A DNA stretch of 64,000 nt. Origin: a virus. Within the stretch, counting starts at the first letter, position 1. The number at the start of each line of letters is the position of its first letter. The notes under the pieces are model-generated. The model did not search any database. It had not been told where the DNA came from and saw only the letters and a list, made by a program, of their open reading frames with translations. A program made the position numbers and the translations under genes. Shown piece after piece: positions 31,337 to 40,928 of this stretch. The stretch is taken from positions 64,001-128,000 of IMG/VR virus record IMGVR_UViG_3300037851_000359; one strand, given 5' to 3'.

Positions 31337-31678
31337 TCAATTTGGTTGTTCGGTGATTTCAGGATTTATACCTTTAAGTTCCTGAGAGGTTGCGGTTGGT
31401 TTGTCATTCTTTTCTGAATAAAACATATCAACACCAGTATACATGGCTATTTGCTGGGTAATACCAAATGCAGACATACCTTGACGCTTTAAGCATTCAA
31501 TAAACTTTTCTGAGTCTAATGGACCACATAACGAGGGTGCCCCGCGACCAGTACCATTTCTCCGGTATTCCCGTATATCACAATCAACTTCGCTATCATC
31601 CCAAACTACGATCTTTATCATATAAGCCTTCTTTGGCTTTTCTTCTTTTATCTGCTCGGCATCTTCGTGTTTTCCCAT
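31337..31678 (-). CDS. Hypothetical protein
   Basis: GGAGGA SD before ATG 31678 (MGKHED). Confidence 0.6.
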   Translation of the reverse strand: MGKHEDAEQIKEEKPKKAYMIKIVVWDDSEVDCDIREYRRNGTGRGAPSLCGPLDSEKFIECLKRQGMSAFGITQQIAMYTGVDMFYSEKNDKPTATSQELKGINPEITEQPN

Positions 31679-31783
31679 ATATCCTCCATGGTTAGGGTTA
31701 TTGGTTGGGATTATCAATTCTAAGTCATTATTTATTAATGTCAAGGCATGATTAAAACTTGAGGTTGTTTGTTATAATAAATT

Positions 31784-32182
31784 ATGAAAAAATGCAAAAA
31801 ATGCGGAAAACCTATCACAAAAAGAACGGTATGTGAATCTTGCCGAAAAAAACATAACAGAGAGTTAAAAAGAGATTTTATTTTTAATATAACAGGAAAT
31901 AAATGTTGGTTATGCGGATATAATAAAGAACAATTTACTAAATTCCTATTATCATTCCATCATATGGAAAATAAAGAATTTTCAATAGCATTATCTAATA
32001 GTTTGAGACGACGAAATTTTTCAAAAATAATTAGAGAAATTAAAAAATGTATCTTGGTTTGTCATAACTGCCATGCGGAAATTCATAATACAAATTTAAT
32101 AAATCAAAATAAAATTTTAAAAATATATAAACAAAAATGGAAACAAATTATTAAACGATTTCCAGAATTAGAAAGTTTCTAA
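31784..32182 (+). CDS. HNH endonuclease with Zn ribbons
   Basis: CKKC..CESC, CWLCGY, SFHH..KEF, KCILVCHNCHAEIH; opposite strand to neighbours; own TGTTATAAT 5 nt before ATG. Confidence 0.8.
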   Translation: MKKCKKCGKPITKRTVCESCRKKHNRELKRDFIFNITGNKCWLCGYNKEQFTKFLLSFHHMENKEFSIALSNSLRRRNFSKIIREIKKCILVCHNCHAEIHNTNLINQNKILKIYKQKWKQIIKRFPELESF

Positions 32183-32422
32183 CGAAACATTTCCATTCTT
32201 TTTATCGTTTCTCAATTGTTTTCTTAATAATATTTCATTAATTATTTTTTTACGTTTTAATTCTGGTATTGATCTAATTATTTGAGCGATTTGAATAAAG
32301 CAATAAGATGATTTTTCGTATTTTTCTTTTTTCAATTTATCTTGACCTTCCGATAATAATTTCATAACGGCATCAATACAATCGTCTTCAGACCAATTTT
32401 TTGGAACTTTAAAATACGCCAT
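32168..32422 (-). CDS. Hypothetical protein
   Basis: GAAGGGG SD before ATG 32422. Confidence 0.5.
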   Translation of the reverse strand: MAYFKVPKNWSEDDCIDAVMKLLSEGQDKLKKEKYEKSSYCFIQIAQIIRSIPELKRKKIINEILLRKQLRNDKKNGNVSLETF

Positions 32423-32456
32423 AAAATCCCCTTCAATTATATTTATAATAAGAAGA

Positions 32457-33494
32457 TCAAGAATAAACTTTTTTATATAATTCAATATTTTCTGGATTTT
32501 CTAACCATCGTGTTGATACATAATCATGTTGTTTATTAATAACTTCATAATATTTTTCTTCATTTCCCAATAAATCTTTAATCGCATTATACCAATCATC
32601 AATAGTATTATTTACGGTATAGGCCTTAGCCTGATCATATGGCCCAATACCATTTCCAATAGATGAACAAATTGATGGGATATTCATAGCGGCATATTCC
32701 AGATATTTTAAATCTGATTTCGCATAATTAAATAATGAATCTCTAATAGGAGCAATTGCTAAATCTGCCTTTATACTCTGCATCATTCTTGGATATTCAT
32801 AGAAATTAGTCCAATTCATAAATGATATTTTACCATTATTCTTTAAATGATCCAATTTAGGTGGGCAGCATCCAACGAATAACCATTCAAATTCATCTAC
32901 AGTTTTTTCTATTAATGGCAATAAAAATTCCAAATCACCACCTGGACCAACATGTGAAGCAGACCCAGCCCATAAAATAACAGGTTTTGATTTATATGGT
33001 TTTTTATCAACACTAAAATCTGGATTCCATAAAAATTTTGGTACGAAATTTGGAACAACTACAGAATTAGTGATATTAAATTCTTTTTCATAAAAATGTT
33101 TTAAAAATTTTGTTGAAAATGTTACAAGATTCATCATTTTCATAATATCAATAACATTTTGGCGACGAGTTTTGGTATAAAATTGATAAGCCATTATATT
33201 ATGTGGTTCAATTCCATGAACAATATCATCCAATTCATACACCAATTCACATTTTGATTTAATAGAATCAATACATCGTCTATATTCTATGATACAACGT
33301 TTTTGTTTATCTGTGCATTGTCTTTGAAATCGAATTTTATTACTGGTATTAATTAAATTTAAATCAAATACAAACTGAAACACTAAATTAATATTCCAAT
33401 TTTCCATAACAGCAGAACAATAACCAAGTGGTACAATTGTTCTATAAAATCCACAACCATTTTTATCAGATGGAAAACATAAAATGTTATTCAT
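32457..33494 (-). CDS. GT-B glycosyltransferase
   Basis: GCGFYR, YELDD, WAGSASH, DLAIAPI..FNYAKSDLKYLEY; late TATAAATA boxes at 33545-33552 and 33571-33578. Confidence 0.85.
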   Translation of the reverse strand: MNNILCFPSDKNGCGFYRTIVPLGYCSAVMENWNINLVFQFVFDLNLINTSNKIRFQRQCTDKQKRCIIEYRRCIDSIKSKCELVYELDDIVHGIEPHNIMAYQFYTKTRRQNVIDIMKMMNLVTFSTKFLKHFYEKEFNITNSVVVPNFVPKFLWNPDFSVDKKPYKSKPVILWAGSASHVGPGGDLEFLLPLIEKTVDEFEWLFVGCCPPKLDHLKNNGKISFMNWTNFYEYPRMMQSIKADLAIAPIRDSLFNYAKSDLKYLEYAAMNIPSICSSIGNGIGPYDQAKAYTVNNTIDDWYNAIKDLLGNEEKYYEVINKQHDYVSTRWLENPENIELYKKVYS

Positions 33495-33602
33495 ATTTAA
33501 TCCTTTTAGATTATTATAACAATCATTTAAAAATTTTATTTATGTATTTATATTTAAAAATTATACTTATTATTTATAATATTATAAATAGGAGACATTT
33601 AT

Positions 33603-34265
33603 ATGTTCAATGATAAAACATTATTTAATAATTCAGGAGTTAAAAAAGAAAGAAAACGTGGAAAAGGTGTATCAAAACCCATTAAAAAAATACATGTAGA
33701 TAATAAAGAATTACGAGAAGAATTAACAAAATTTAGACATACAGTTTTAGAACAAAGGGCCAATAAAGAACAAAAATTAAAAGCATTAAAAACGGATTTA
33801 TCAAAATTAGAAAAAAATTATAAAACCTATAAAAAATTAATAAGACCAAGAAAAGAAGTTATTGAAAAATATTTAAATGATATTCGATCATTAAACGAAC
33901 AACTAGAACAAGTCAGGGATCAAGAATGCAATGGACAAGCATCAGAACGGTTAGGGGAATTATTTTTACAATTAGTCGATAATTTTGCAACAAAAACAAA
34001 CTTTTCAAATTATCCATATTTAGAAGAAATGAAATCCCGCGCTATATTCTTCCTGCTAAAATATAGCCACTCTTACGACATAAATAAACTTAATTCTGTT
34101 GGACAAATACCTTCTGCCTTCTGTTATTGCACACAAATAGTCCATAATGCATTTAGACAAGTTATCAAAAAAGAAAAGAAAAAATTAGCATCTAAAAAAG
34201 AATTTATTGATGATTATTTCCAAAATAATCATTTTAATAGAAAATCTGAAAACCTTATGGGATGA
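33603..34265 (+). CDS. gp55: Late-transcription sigma factor (gp55-like)
   Basis: HVDNKEL, NFSNYPYLEEM, AFCYCTQIVHNAFRQVIKKEKK match gp55 blocks. Confidence 0.88.
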   Translation: MFNDKTLFNNSGVKKERKRGKGVSKPIKKIHVDNKELREELTKFRHTVLEQRANKEQKLKALKTDLSKLEKNYKTYKKLIRPRKEVIEKYLNDIRSLNEQLEQVRDQECNGQASERLGELFLQLVDNFATKTNFSNYPYLEEMKSRAIFFLLKYSHSYDINKLNSVGQIPSAFCYCTQIVHNAFRQVIKKEKKKLASKKEFIDDYFQNNHFNRKSENLMG

Positions 34266-36255
34266 TTGACTTAAAAATACTTTGTAATGTATTATTTTTA
34301 ATATTATTTAATAATAATTTTGCTTTATCTATATTCTTTATATTAATGTTATATATAATCAATGATATATAATCATAATCATTTTCACATTTATAAGAAT
34401 CATAAATAGTATTTATTTGAATGTCAGTTAAATCATCCCATTGAACAGAAGTTTTAATTGTGGCTTTTTCAATTTTAACTGATATTATTATTTCTGTATC
34501 ATTAACTGATGATAATATGCCTGTTATAATACCTCTATTATTAGTATCGAATGATACTTCGGAACTCAATTTAAAATAATTCAATTTATATTGTTTTAAT
34601 TTTTCATAATTAATAACAATTTCTTTAAAATTATTTTTTACAATTTCATTATCTGGATAATTCATAATTGTATTATCTATTATAGTATTACACGTTTGAA
34701 CGTTTAAAGAAAGTAATACAGGCATTATTTTAGAAATAAAATTATTCAATTCAATAGTTTTAAGATGAATCTCATTATTTTTAATTGTTTGTAAATTATA
34801 TTTAATATTATCTATAAGTCCTTTATTTTCTTCCATTTTCGATATATATTTAATATCATCAATTAATTTTAAATTATTTTCTATAATAGAAATGTTTTTA
34901 CTTGTTTTGCAAGTATCAATTAAATTGTTAAAATATTTATTAAAATGGTCATCAACTATTTTGATATAAGATTCTAATGTATCTTTGATATAATCATTCA
35001 TATTTTTATTAATAACTGCAATAGCAGCATCATAATCATGAATATTCAAAAAATTATTGAGATTATCTGTAATGATTTTATGAGAGTCTTTAATAAATTT
35101 TTGTTTATTTAATTCATTATCAGTAAGTTCTTTAATTATATTTGGTAGGATTGAAGAATGTTCATTATATTTTTTAGCAATCAATAATAATTCATTAATT
35201 TTATTAAATTTTATTGGGTTATTAGTTTTAAATATAATGGCGTGTTGAAATAATACTTCATTATTATCATTTTTTTCAGTATTCTCTATTAGTTGAGGAA
35301 CAACTTCAACAACCGGGATTGAATGTGATAAATAAAATTGTATATAACCAATAATCATCAAAAGACTTATAATTATTACCCACAATGATAAGAGATAATA
35401 ATTAAAATTCTTTTTTATTTTTTTATAAGGCAAAAAAATTGTTTTAGAATCTATTTTATCTAAATCATCATATAAATCTTGTCCTGATTGATATCTATCA
35501 TCAGGATTTTTTTGTAATAATTTAATAATAATATTATTAATATTTTTTGATAATTTAGGGTTATGATCTGTAAGATTTTTAGGCAATTCCGTAACATGTT
35601 TAACTAATAAAGCAGATGCTATTTCTGAATCAAAAACCGGGACACCAGTTAGCAATAAATAGAAGGTTGCTCCCAAACTATATAAATCTGATCTGCCATC
35701 AAGTTTTTGTCCTGACGCTTGTTCAGGAGAAACATAGGCTGGTGTGCCCAAGAATTTACCTTCTAAGGTAATATCAGAATCCCCATTTAATGATCTTGCT
35801 AGTCCCAGGTCTGCTAATTTTGGATTGTCGAAATGATCTAAAATAATATTTTCTGGTTTAATATCACGATGGATAATATCTTTTGAATGAATAAAATGTA
35901 ATCCTATAGCCAATTTTTTAAGATATTCAATAGCAACAATTTCAGGAATTGGACCAGTATCTTTAAATACTTGTTTTAATGTTTTTCCAGAAACATACTC
36001 CATTGAAAAATAGTAATAAGGATCAGAAAATCCGCAATCATATACAGATACTATATAAGGATGATTAATTTTCCCCGCAGATTTAGATTCTCGTAAAAAA
36101 CGTTTAACGAATTGTTCATCTTTTGAAAATTTTGGAGGAAGTATTTTTAATGCTACAAAACGATCCAATGATAATTGTTTGGCTTTAAAGACGGCACCCA
36201 TACCGCCTTGGCCTAGTTTTTCGATAATTTTATAGCCTGGGATAGTTAAATGCAT
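34255..36255 (-). CDS. Hanks-type Ser/Thr protein kinase (PknB-like) with a TM helix and long C-terminal domain
   Basis: LGQGGMGAVF, VALK, HRDIKPEN, DLG, GTPAYVSPEQ, SDLYSLG; TM LLSLWVIIISLLMIIGYI. Start ATG 36255. Confidence 0.92.
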   Translation of the reverse strand: MHLTIPGYKIIEKLGQGGMGAVFKAKQLSLDRFVALKILPPKFSKDEQFVKRFLRESKSAGKINHPYIVSVYDCGFSDPYYYFSMEYVSGKTLKQVFKDTGPIPEIVAIEYLKKLAIGLHFIHSKDIIHRDIKPENIILDHFDNPKLADLGLARSLNGDSDITLEGKFLGTPAYVSPEQASGQKLDGRSDLYSLGATFYLLLTGVPVFDSEIASALLVKHVTELPKNLTDHNPKLSKNINNIIIKLLQKNPDDRYQSGQDLYDDLDKIDSKTIFLPYKKIKKNFNYYLLSLWVIIISLLMIIGYIQFYLSHSIPVVEVVPQLIENTEKNDNNEVLFQHAIIFKTNNPIKFNKINELLLIAKKYNEHSSILPNIIKELTDNELNKQKFIKDSHKIITDNLNNFLNIHDYDAAIAVINKNMNDYIKDTLESYIKIVDDHFNKYFNNLIDTCKTSKNISIIENNLKLIDDIKYISKMEENKGLIDNIKYNLQTIKNNEIHLKTIELNNFISKIMPVLLSLNVQTCNTIIDNTIMNYPDNEIVKNNFKEIVINYEKLKQYKLNYFKLSSEVSFDTNNRGIITGILSSVNDTEIIISVKIEKATIKTSVQWDDLTDIQINTIYDSYKCENDYDYISLIIYNINIKNIDKAKLLLNNIKNNTLQSIFKSIIP

Positions 36256-36262
36256 AGCCAAT

Positions 36263-36290
36263 ATAATACAAGCAAAAACACCATTGTCAA
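36263..36290 (-). promoter_or_regulatory. Sigma70-type promoter for the kinase (leaderless)
   Basis: TTGACA-N16-TATTAT-N7-ATG, no SD. Confidence 0.65.
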
Positions 36291-36326
36291 CAATTTATGT
36301 AAGTATATTGATATAAATAATTTATA

Positions 36327-38339
36327 TCATTTTTTAATTTTTCTTAATAATTGATTTGACAATTTTTTCATTTGTTCTAAGATAAGATTTTCATCCAAAG
36401 GTTTTTGGCGATGTTCGTATTTTTTTGTTGAGCAAGAATAAAAGTTTTCAGATAAGAATTTAGCGCATTCTTTTAATGTTGCATAAGGTCCGATTGCCTT
36501 TTTTCTTGCACTATTTCGGTCGCACATTGAGCAACCTTCGGATTCATTTAAAGGATCAATTTGATTTTCTATTTTTTCTGCAATCAAATGACGATTTAAA
36601 TTTGGGGCAGATTCATTTAATACTAACGGAACATCAACTTTAAACATTTCATTTAATCTTGATTTAGTGGTTCCAATTCTTGAATAAACTGGAGCGATAC
36701 CTTGGGTGGCATTAATAGCTTGGTTTGTCGTACCGTCCGCAACTCCTGGCCCAGCTACAGATGCAGTTCCGCCTTCTTCAGTAATTGGGTCTAATGATTT
36801 GGAAGCGTCTTGTATTGCATCTTCTTCAGAATCAAAGGGTTGTGAGGTTTTGATAGGATTTCCATTATCATCTAATTTTTTCCATCCAAATTTTCCTGAT
36901 TCAAGTTGATATACAGAAATATTATTATTTATTAACATTGATTTTGGATCATTGGTGTCTTCTGCTAAAACAGGAGGATAATCAGCTTTCCATAATTCCA
37001 TCATCCGTTCGACTTCAATTGGATTTGTAAATAATTGCCAAACATCCCCATATTGATCTTTGACTGTATCAGAGGGGGTATATTCAGGTCCAAATATTTC
37101 AGGATTGACATATACGCCTTCTTTTCTTATTTTAATAAGACCATCTTTTTCCATATCAACAAACATTTTATGAACATCTTTAACTCTCTTGTCTAAATAA
37201 TTCTGTTCTGCTTGATCTATTTCATCATGATTAGTAGGATCATCATCTATTAATTCCTCTTCATTTTCATCCCTAACCTGATTAATAGATTTAGGGGGAG
37301 TAATATCATCCATAGAAATAAATTTTTGTCTCACTTCTTCTAACGCTTCCATTTCTGATTCAAATGGGATTGATGATTGATTAATTATATCATCAGTTGC
37401 TCCGTATTGAAACCATCCCCATTTTCCAAGATTATTTTGTTTAATTGAAATCTTTTTTTCAATTAATTGTTTTTCATCATCTTCTGTAATAACACCTTTT
37501 GGTTTAAATGAAGTATCATCAGCATCCAAATTATCATAATGATTATCTAAATCATTATAATTAACATCATCAGATTCTACATCAGGATTAAAATGTATAG
37601 GGGTTTTATTTATATTTTCTAAATCTTCTAAAAGATTTTTAAAATGTTTTCTTAATAAGTCGAAATTATCTTGTTTAACATCTTCATGTGATTCAGAGGC
37701 AACCTTAACATTATTTTGTTTATATTTATCAAACATTTTTGGGTCCATAGTTGTTTGACATTCTGAAACTTGACAAACTTTAGGATCAGCTTTAAAATTC
37801 AATCCTTTTTCTTCCCATTGTGATTCATTATCAGCTTGAGCTACGAATTGATCTGCTGCTAATTTATCATCAAATGGTCCATGTTTAATATTGGGATCTT
37901 TTGTAGAAACCACATAGAATCCTAAATCATCTTCTATGATTTTCCATTCTCCATCTTCCATTAATGGTTGATTTGCAATTTTTTGTTGCTGTTGTTGAGA
38001 ATTTTTAAATCCTTTAGCTTGCAATTTAGAAATTTCTTCTTCTTTTTTAGCTATATCCTGTTTTAATTGAGCAATTTTTTGAGCAATATTCGGATCAATA
38101 GCAATATCTTCTTTTAAATCTTTAGGAGTATTAAATGTTTCTTTGATGCTCTTATCAGGGGTTTCTTTAACTTCTTTAATATCATGAGTTTGTTTAAGAG
38201 GTTTTTCTTTAGGAGTATCAAATACAACATCTTCTTTTAATACTCTTTTAACATATCCATACCCTTCAAGAGTAACATATTTAGAATTTTTATTATCATC
38301 TTTGACATTAAACCATTGATTTTGATATTTAGCTTTCAT
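36327..38339 (-). CDS. Acidic late protein with repeated YegP/DUF1508-like modules; putative head-internal protein
   Basis: GKWGW..PFESEMEA and GKFGW..PFDSEEDA repeats; many (I/L)xE sites; TATAAATA at 38363-38370. Confidence 0.55.
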   Translation of the reverse strand: MKAKYQNQWFNVKDDNKNSKYVTLEGYGYVKRVLKEDVVFDTPKEKPLKQTHDIKEVKETPDKSIKETFNTPKDLKEDIAIDPNIAQKIAQLKQDIAKKEEEISKLQAKGFKNSQQQQQKIANQPLMEDGEWKIIEDDLGFYVVSTKDPNIKHGPFDDKLAADQFVAQADNESQWEEKGLNFKADPKVCQVSECQTTMDPKMFDKYKQNNVKVASESHEDVKQDNFDLLRKHFKNLLEDLENINKTPIHFNPDVESDDVNYNDLDNHYDNLDADDTSFKPKGVITEDDEKQLIEKKISIKQNNLGKWGWFQYGATDDIINQSSIPFESEMEALEEVRQKFISMDDITPPKSINQVRDENEEELIDDDPTNHDEIDQAEQNYLDKRVKDVHKMFVDMEKDGLIKIRKEGVYVNPEIFGPEYTPSDTVKDQYGDVWQLFTNPIEVERMMELWKADYPPVLAEDTNDPKSMLINNNISVYQLESGKFGWKKLDDNGNPIKTSQPFDSEEDAIQDASKSLDPITEEGGTASVAGPGVADGTTNQAINATQGIAPVYSRIGTTKSRLNEMFKVDVPLVLNESAPNLNRHLIAEKIENQIDPLNESEGCSMCDRNSARKKAIGPYATLKECAKFLSENFYSCSTKKYEHRQKPLDENLILEQMKKLSNQLLRKIKK

Positions 38340-38382
38340 TTTTTATCCTTTTTGGGAAGTTCTATTTATATTTATATTTTTA

Positions 38383-38862
38383 TTATAAAATTTTAAATAT
38401 TACTTCATGCATATTATCGCCACTCCAATCCCATTCGGAATCTCTAATCATTTTTATTTTTTGTTTCTTTTTAATAATAATCAACAATCTATAACTTGTC
38501 GTTTCTCTTAAATCAGCTTTAACAATCCAGCCTGTATATTTTGAAAATATTTCTTCGACTTTTTTAATTAATGTACTACCGAAATTTCCAGCCATATCAA
38601 CGACTTCGATAGTTTTTTTATTTGGAAATTCAGATATAAGAATATACCATTCTTTATTATCGTCAATATGAATTTTTATATCTTTACTATTATAATTTTC
38701 TACATAATCTTTTATATCATCAATAGATTCCATGTCCTGAAAGAACCACATATCTGAATTATTATAAAATTTTCTTTCTAATTGTTTTACTAATTCAATT
38801 TCATCAATTCGTAAATTGTCTACAGTTACCAGTTTTTCAAAAATTGTATTAATATTTGACAT
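38383..38862 (-). CDS. Hypothetical late protein
   Basis: TATAAATA at 38880-38887; AAAGGA SD; N-terminal IFE motif. Confidence 0.6.
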   Translation of the reverse strand: MSNINTIFEKLVTVDNLRIDEIELVKQLERKFYNNSDMWFFQDMESIDDIKDYVENYNSKDIKIHIDDNKEWYILISEFPNKKTIEVVDMAGNFGSTLIKKVEEIFSKYTGWIVKADLRETTSYRLLIIIKKKQKIKMIRDSEWDWSGDNMHEVIFKIL

Positions 38863-38882
38863 ATAATTCCTTTAATATATAT

Positions 38883-39395
38883 TTATAATAATTTATAATA
38901 AGATAATCCAATACAAATAGCGTCAGCAATGCCATTATGGGCAACAGAAGATCGTTTTGAAGCAATCAAATTAGCTGATGGATAATTATCTTGACAAAAT
39001 TGAATAGTTCCCGTTTTTTCCGTATGATCATATTTTTCACCAAGAATAAGTTTTTTCCAGGTTTGCGGTGATACTTCTTTATAAGGAATATCTAATGCTT
39101 GTAATACCCCTTCAACTATTCCAACCCCCTTTCCAAAGTTAAACATTGATACAGTACCTTGATCTGGTCTTGCTGATACTAATTCAAAAATGGCATATTC
39201 AACATTATTTTCGGTTAAATATCTACCTAATATAGATCCGTTTATTTTTTTCTGAATTTTTTTATTCTTTTTAATTTTTAAAATAGGCATTCTAAAACAA
39301 TCTATTATTTTTTGGTTTTCTATTAAGGCAACTCCACCAGAAAACCCAGGATCAATACCAACTATTCTCACAAAGTCCTTTCTAATTTTGGCCAA
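38883..39395 (-). CDS. ruvC: RuvC-like Holliday junction resolvase
   Basis: IVGIDPG, IFELV, FNFGKGVG, PQTWKK, GIADAICI. Confidence 0.88.
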   Translation of the reverse strand: MAKIRKDFVRIVGIDPGFSGGVALIENQKIIDCFRMPILKIKKNKKIQKKINGSILGRYLTENNVEYAIFELVSARPDQGTVSMFNFGKGVGIVEGVLQALDIPYKEVSPQTWKKLILGEKYDHTEKTGTIQFCQDNYPSANLIASKRSSVAHNGIADAICIGLSYYKLL

Positions 39396-39949
39396 AGTTT
39401 TTCAGGAATTGATTTATCAAAAATTATCAATAATTCATTCGGATCAGTTTTTAAACTTTTTTCATCAAAATATTTAAATGTTTTTGATTTTTCATTATAA
39501 TTAAAGGGTATTCCAATTTTTGGTAATAATCTTATCCAATGATTAAATGCATTTCCATAAAAAGTATCATCTGATAAGATTATTTTAAAATGTTTTAAAG
39601 CATACTTATATAACATTTCAGCAAACCCTTTATTTCGATACCGGGTATCAGTCGCTATTCGTCTCAATTGAAATACTTTATCAACATTTAAATTTAAATC
39701 TGTTCCATCAATAATTTCAAAATCTGCCGCACAAACAATTAAATCATTTTTTAATATAGCAATTTGTTTAAAAGTATCAGCAAATGGCCCATACGTTACT
39801 ACAATATTATAACCGTCTTGGGAATCTATCTTTTTATATTCATCTATTAAAATGTCGGACGGTTGCCAATCTTTAACTAAATCACCATCATCATCGGTAT
39901 AAGTCATTAATTTAACATCTTCTTTTAAACAATATTTTTTTAAATTCAT
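39368..39949 (-). CDS. GNAT-like acetyltransferase
   Basis: IATDTRYRNKGFAEMLY (acetyl-CoA motif A), ILSD. Confidence 0.6.
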   Translation of the reverse strand: MNLKKYCLKEDVKLMTYTDDDGDLVKDWQPSDILIDEYKKIDSQDGYNIVVTYGPFADTFKQIAILKNDLIVCAADFEIIDGTDLNLNVDKVFQLRRIATDTRYRNKGFAEMLYKYALKHFKIILSDDTFYGNAFNHWIRLLPKIGIPFNYNEKSKTFKYFDEKSLKTDPNELLIIFDKSIPEKLWPKLERTL

Positions 39950-40344
39950 ACAATTCCCATTTTTTGAAAAATTTTATGATTTTCAAATGATTCTTTTATA
40001 TATTGTAATTTTTCTGGGGGGAAATAATTTTTTTTAATCATTTTTTTATCATCAGTAAAAAAGTATTGGTGTCTACAATTAATAATATGTTTATCAGGAA
40101 TAATTTTATAATAAGTTAATAATTTTTTTAATTCCTCTTCGATCACCAAATAATATTCATTATATAAGGTTTGAATAAGGATTTTATAAGAATATAAGAT
40201 AGGATTTAATTCAATATCATTAATACATAATATGTCAAATATATAATCTATATCATCAAGAGTTAAAATATTATTTATTTCTTTGCGTTTTTCATAGGAT
40301 ATAATTTTTAATTTTTCATCTAACTTATTAACCATCAATGACAT
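39946..40344 (-). CDS. Hypothetical protein
   Basis: AAGGA SD; TATAAATA at 40388-40395. Confidence 0.55.
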   Translation of the reverse strand: MSLMVNKLDEKLKIISYEKRKEINNILTLDDIDYIFDILCINDIELNPILYSYKILIQTLYNEYYLVIEEELKKLLTYYKIIPDKHIINCRHQYFFTDDKKMIKKNYFPPEKLQYIKESFENHKIFQKMGIV

Positions 40345-40421
40345 AAATTATCCTTATTAGAATAAATTGTTTAAAGTTATTATATAATATTTATATAAAT
40401 TTTAAATAACAGGAGGCTCTT

Positions 40422-40928
40422 ATGTATACCGAACAAGAATTAGCAAAATATGAAAATAAAGATATGGTTAAAAATTATGTAGAAAAGATGGGGGAATTAT
40501 CAAAGAAATTACATGCTAAATTTGCTGATCATAGACAATTTATAGAAAATTTATTAAATCCTATTGAACGATCAAATATTATTGGGGAATCTAATAAGAA
40601 TATTGATTTTTATCATAAAATCAATACCAGATTAGCAGAAGAACGTATTAAATTACACGAATATAAAGATAAATCCACTGAAATTGAAAGTCAAATATAC
40701 GATTATTTTAAAAATCATTCTGATATAAGTTCACAATTAAAATCCGAAACAGCAATAACACATTATGTAGAAGGGCATCCTTGCCATAGAGCTATAAATA
40801 ATATCGTCGTAATACAACAAACTCTTGTCCAATATTTAGAAACTGCCTTAAATTCAGTAAGGGATAGAGGTTATGCAATTAAAAATATTATTGAAGCTAT
40901 TAAGATTGAGTTGGGAATAACTTCATGA
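40422..40928 (+). CDS. uvsY: Recombination mediator UvsY-like
   Basis: Helical protein with C-terminal YLETALNSVRDRGYAIKNIIE; directly upstream of uvsW. Confidence 0.75.
   Translation: MYTEQELAKYENKDMVKNYVEKMGELSKKLHAKFADHRQFIENLLNPIERSNIIGESNKNIDFYHKINTRLAEERIKLHEYKDKSTEIESQIYDYFKNHSDISSQLKSETAITHYVEGHPCHRAINNIVVIQQTLVQYLETALNSVRDRGYAIKNIIEAIKIELGITS

Noticed and set aside
36312-36319. Plus-strand TATAAATA as a late promoter
   Set aside because: No plus-strand gene follows; likely chance in AT-rich DNA.
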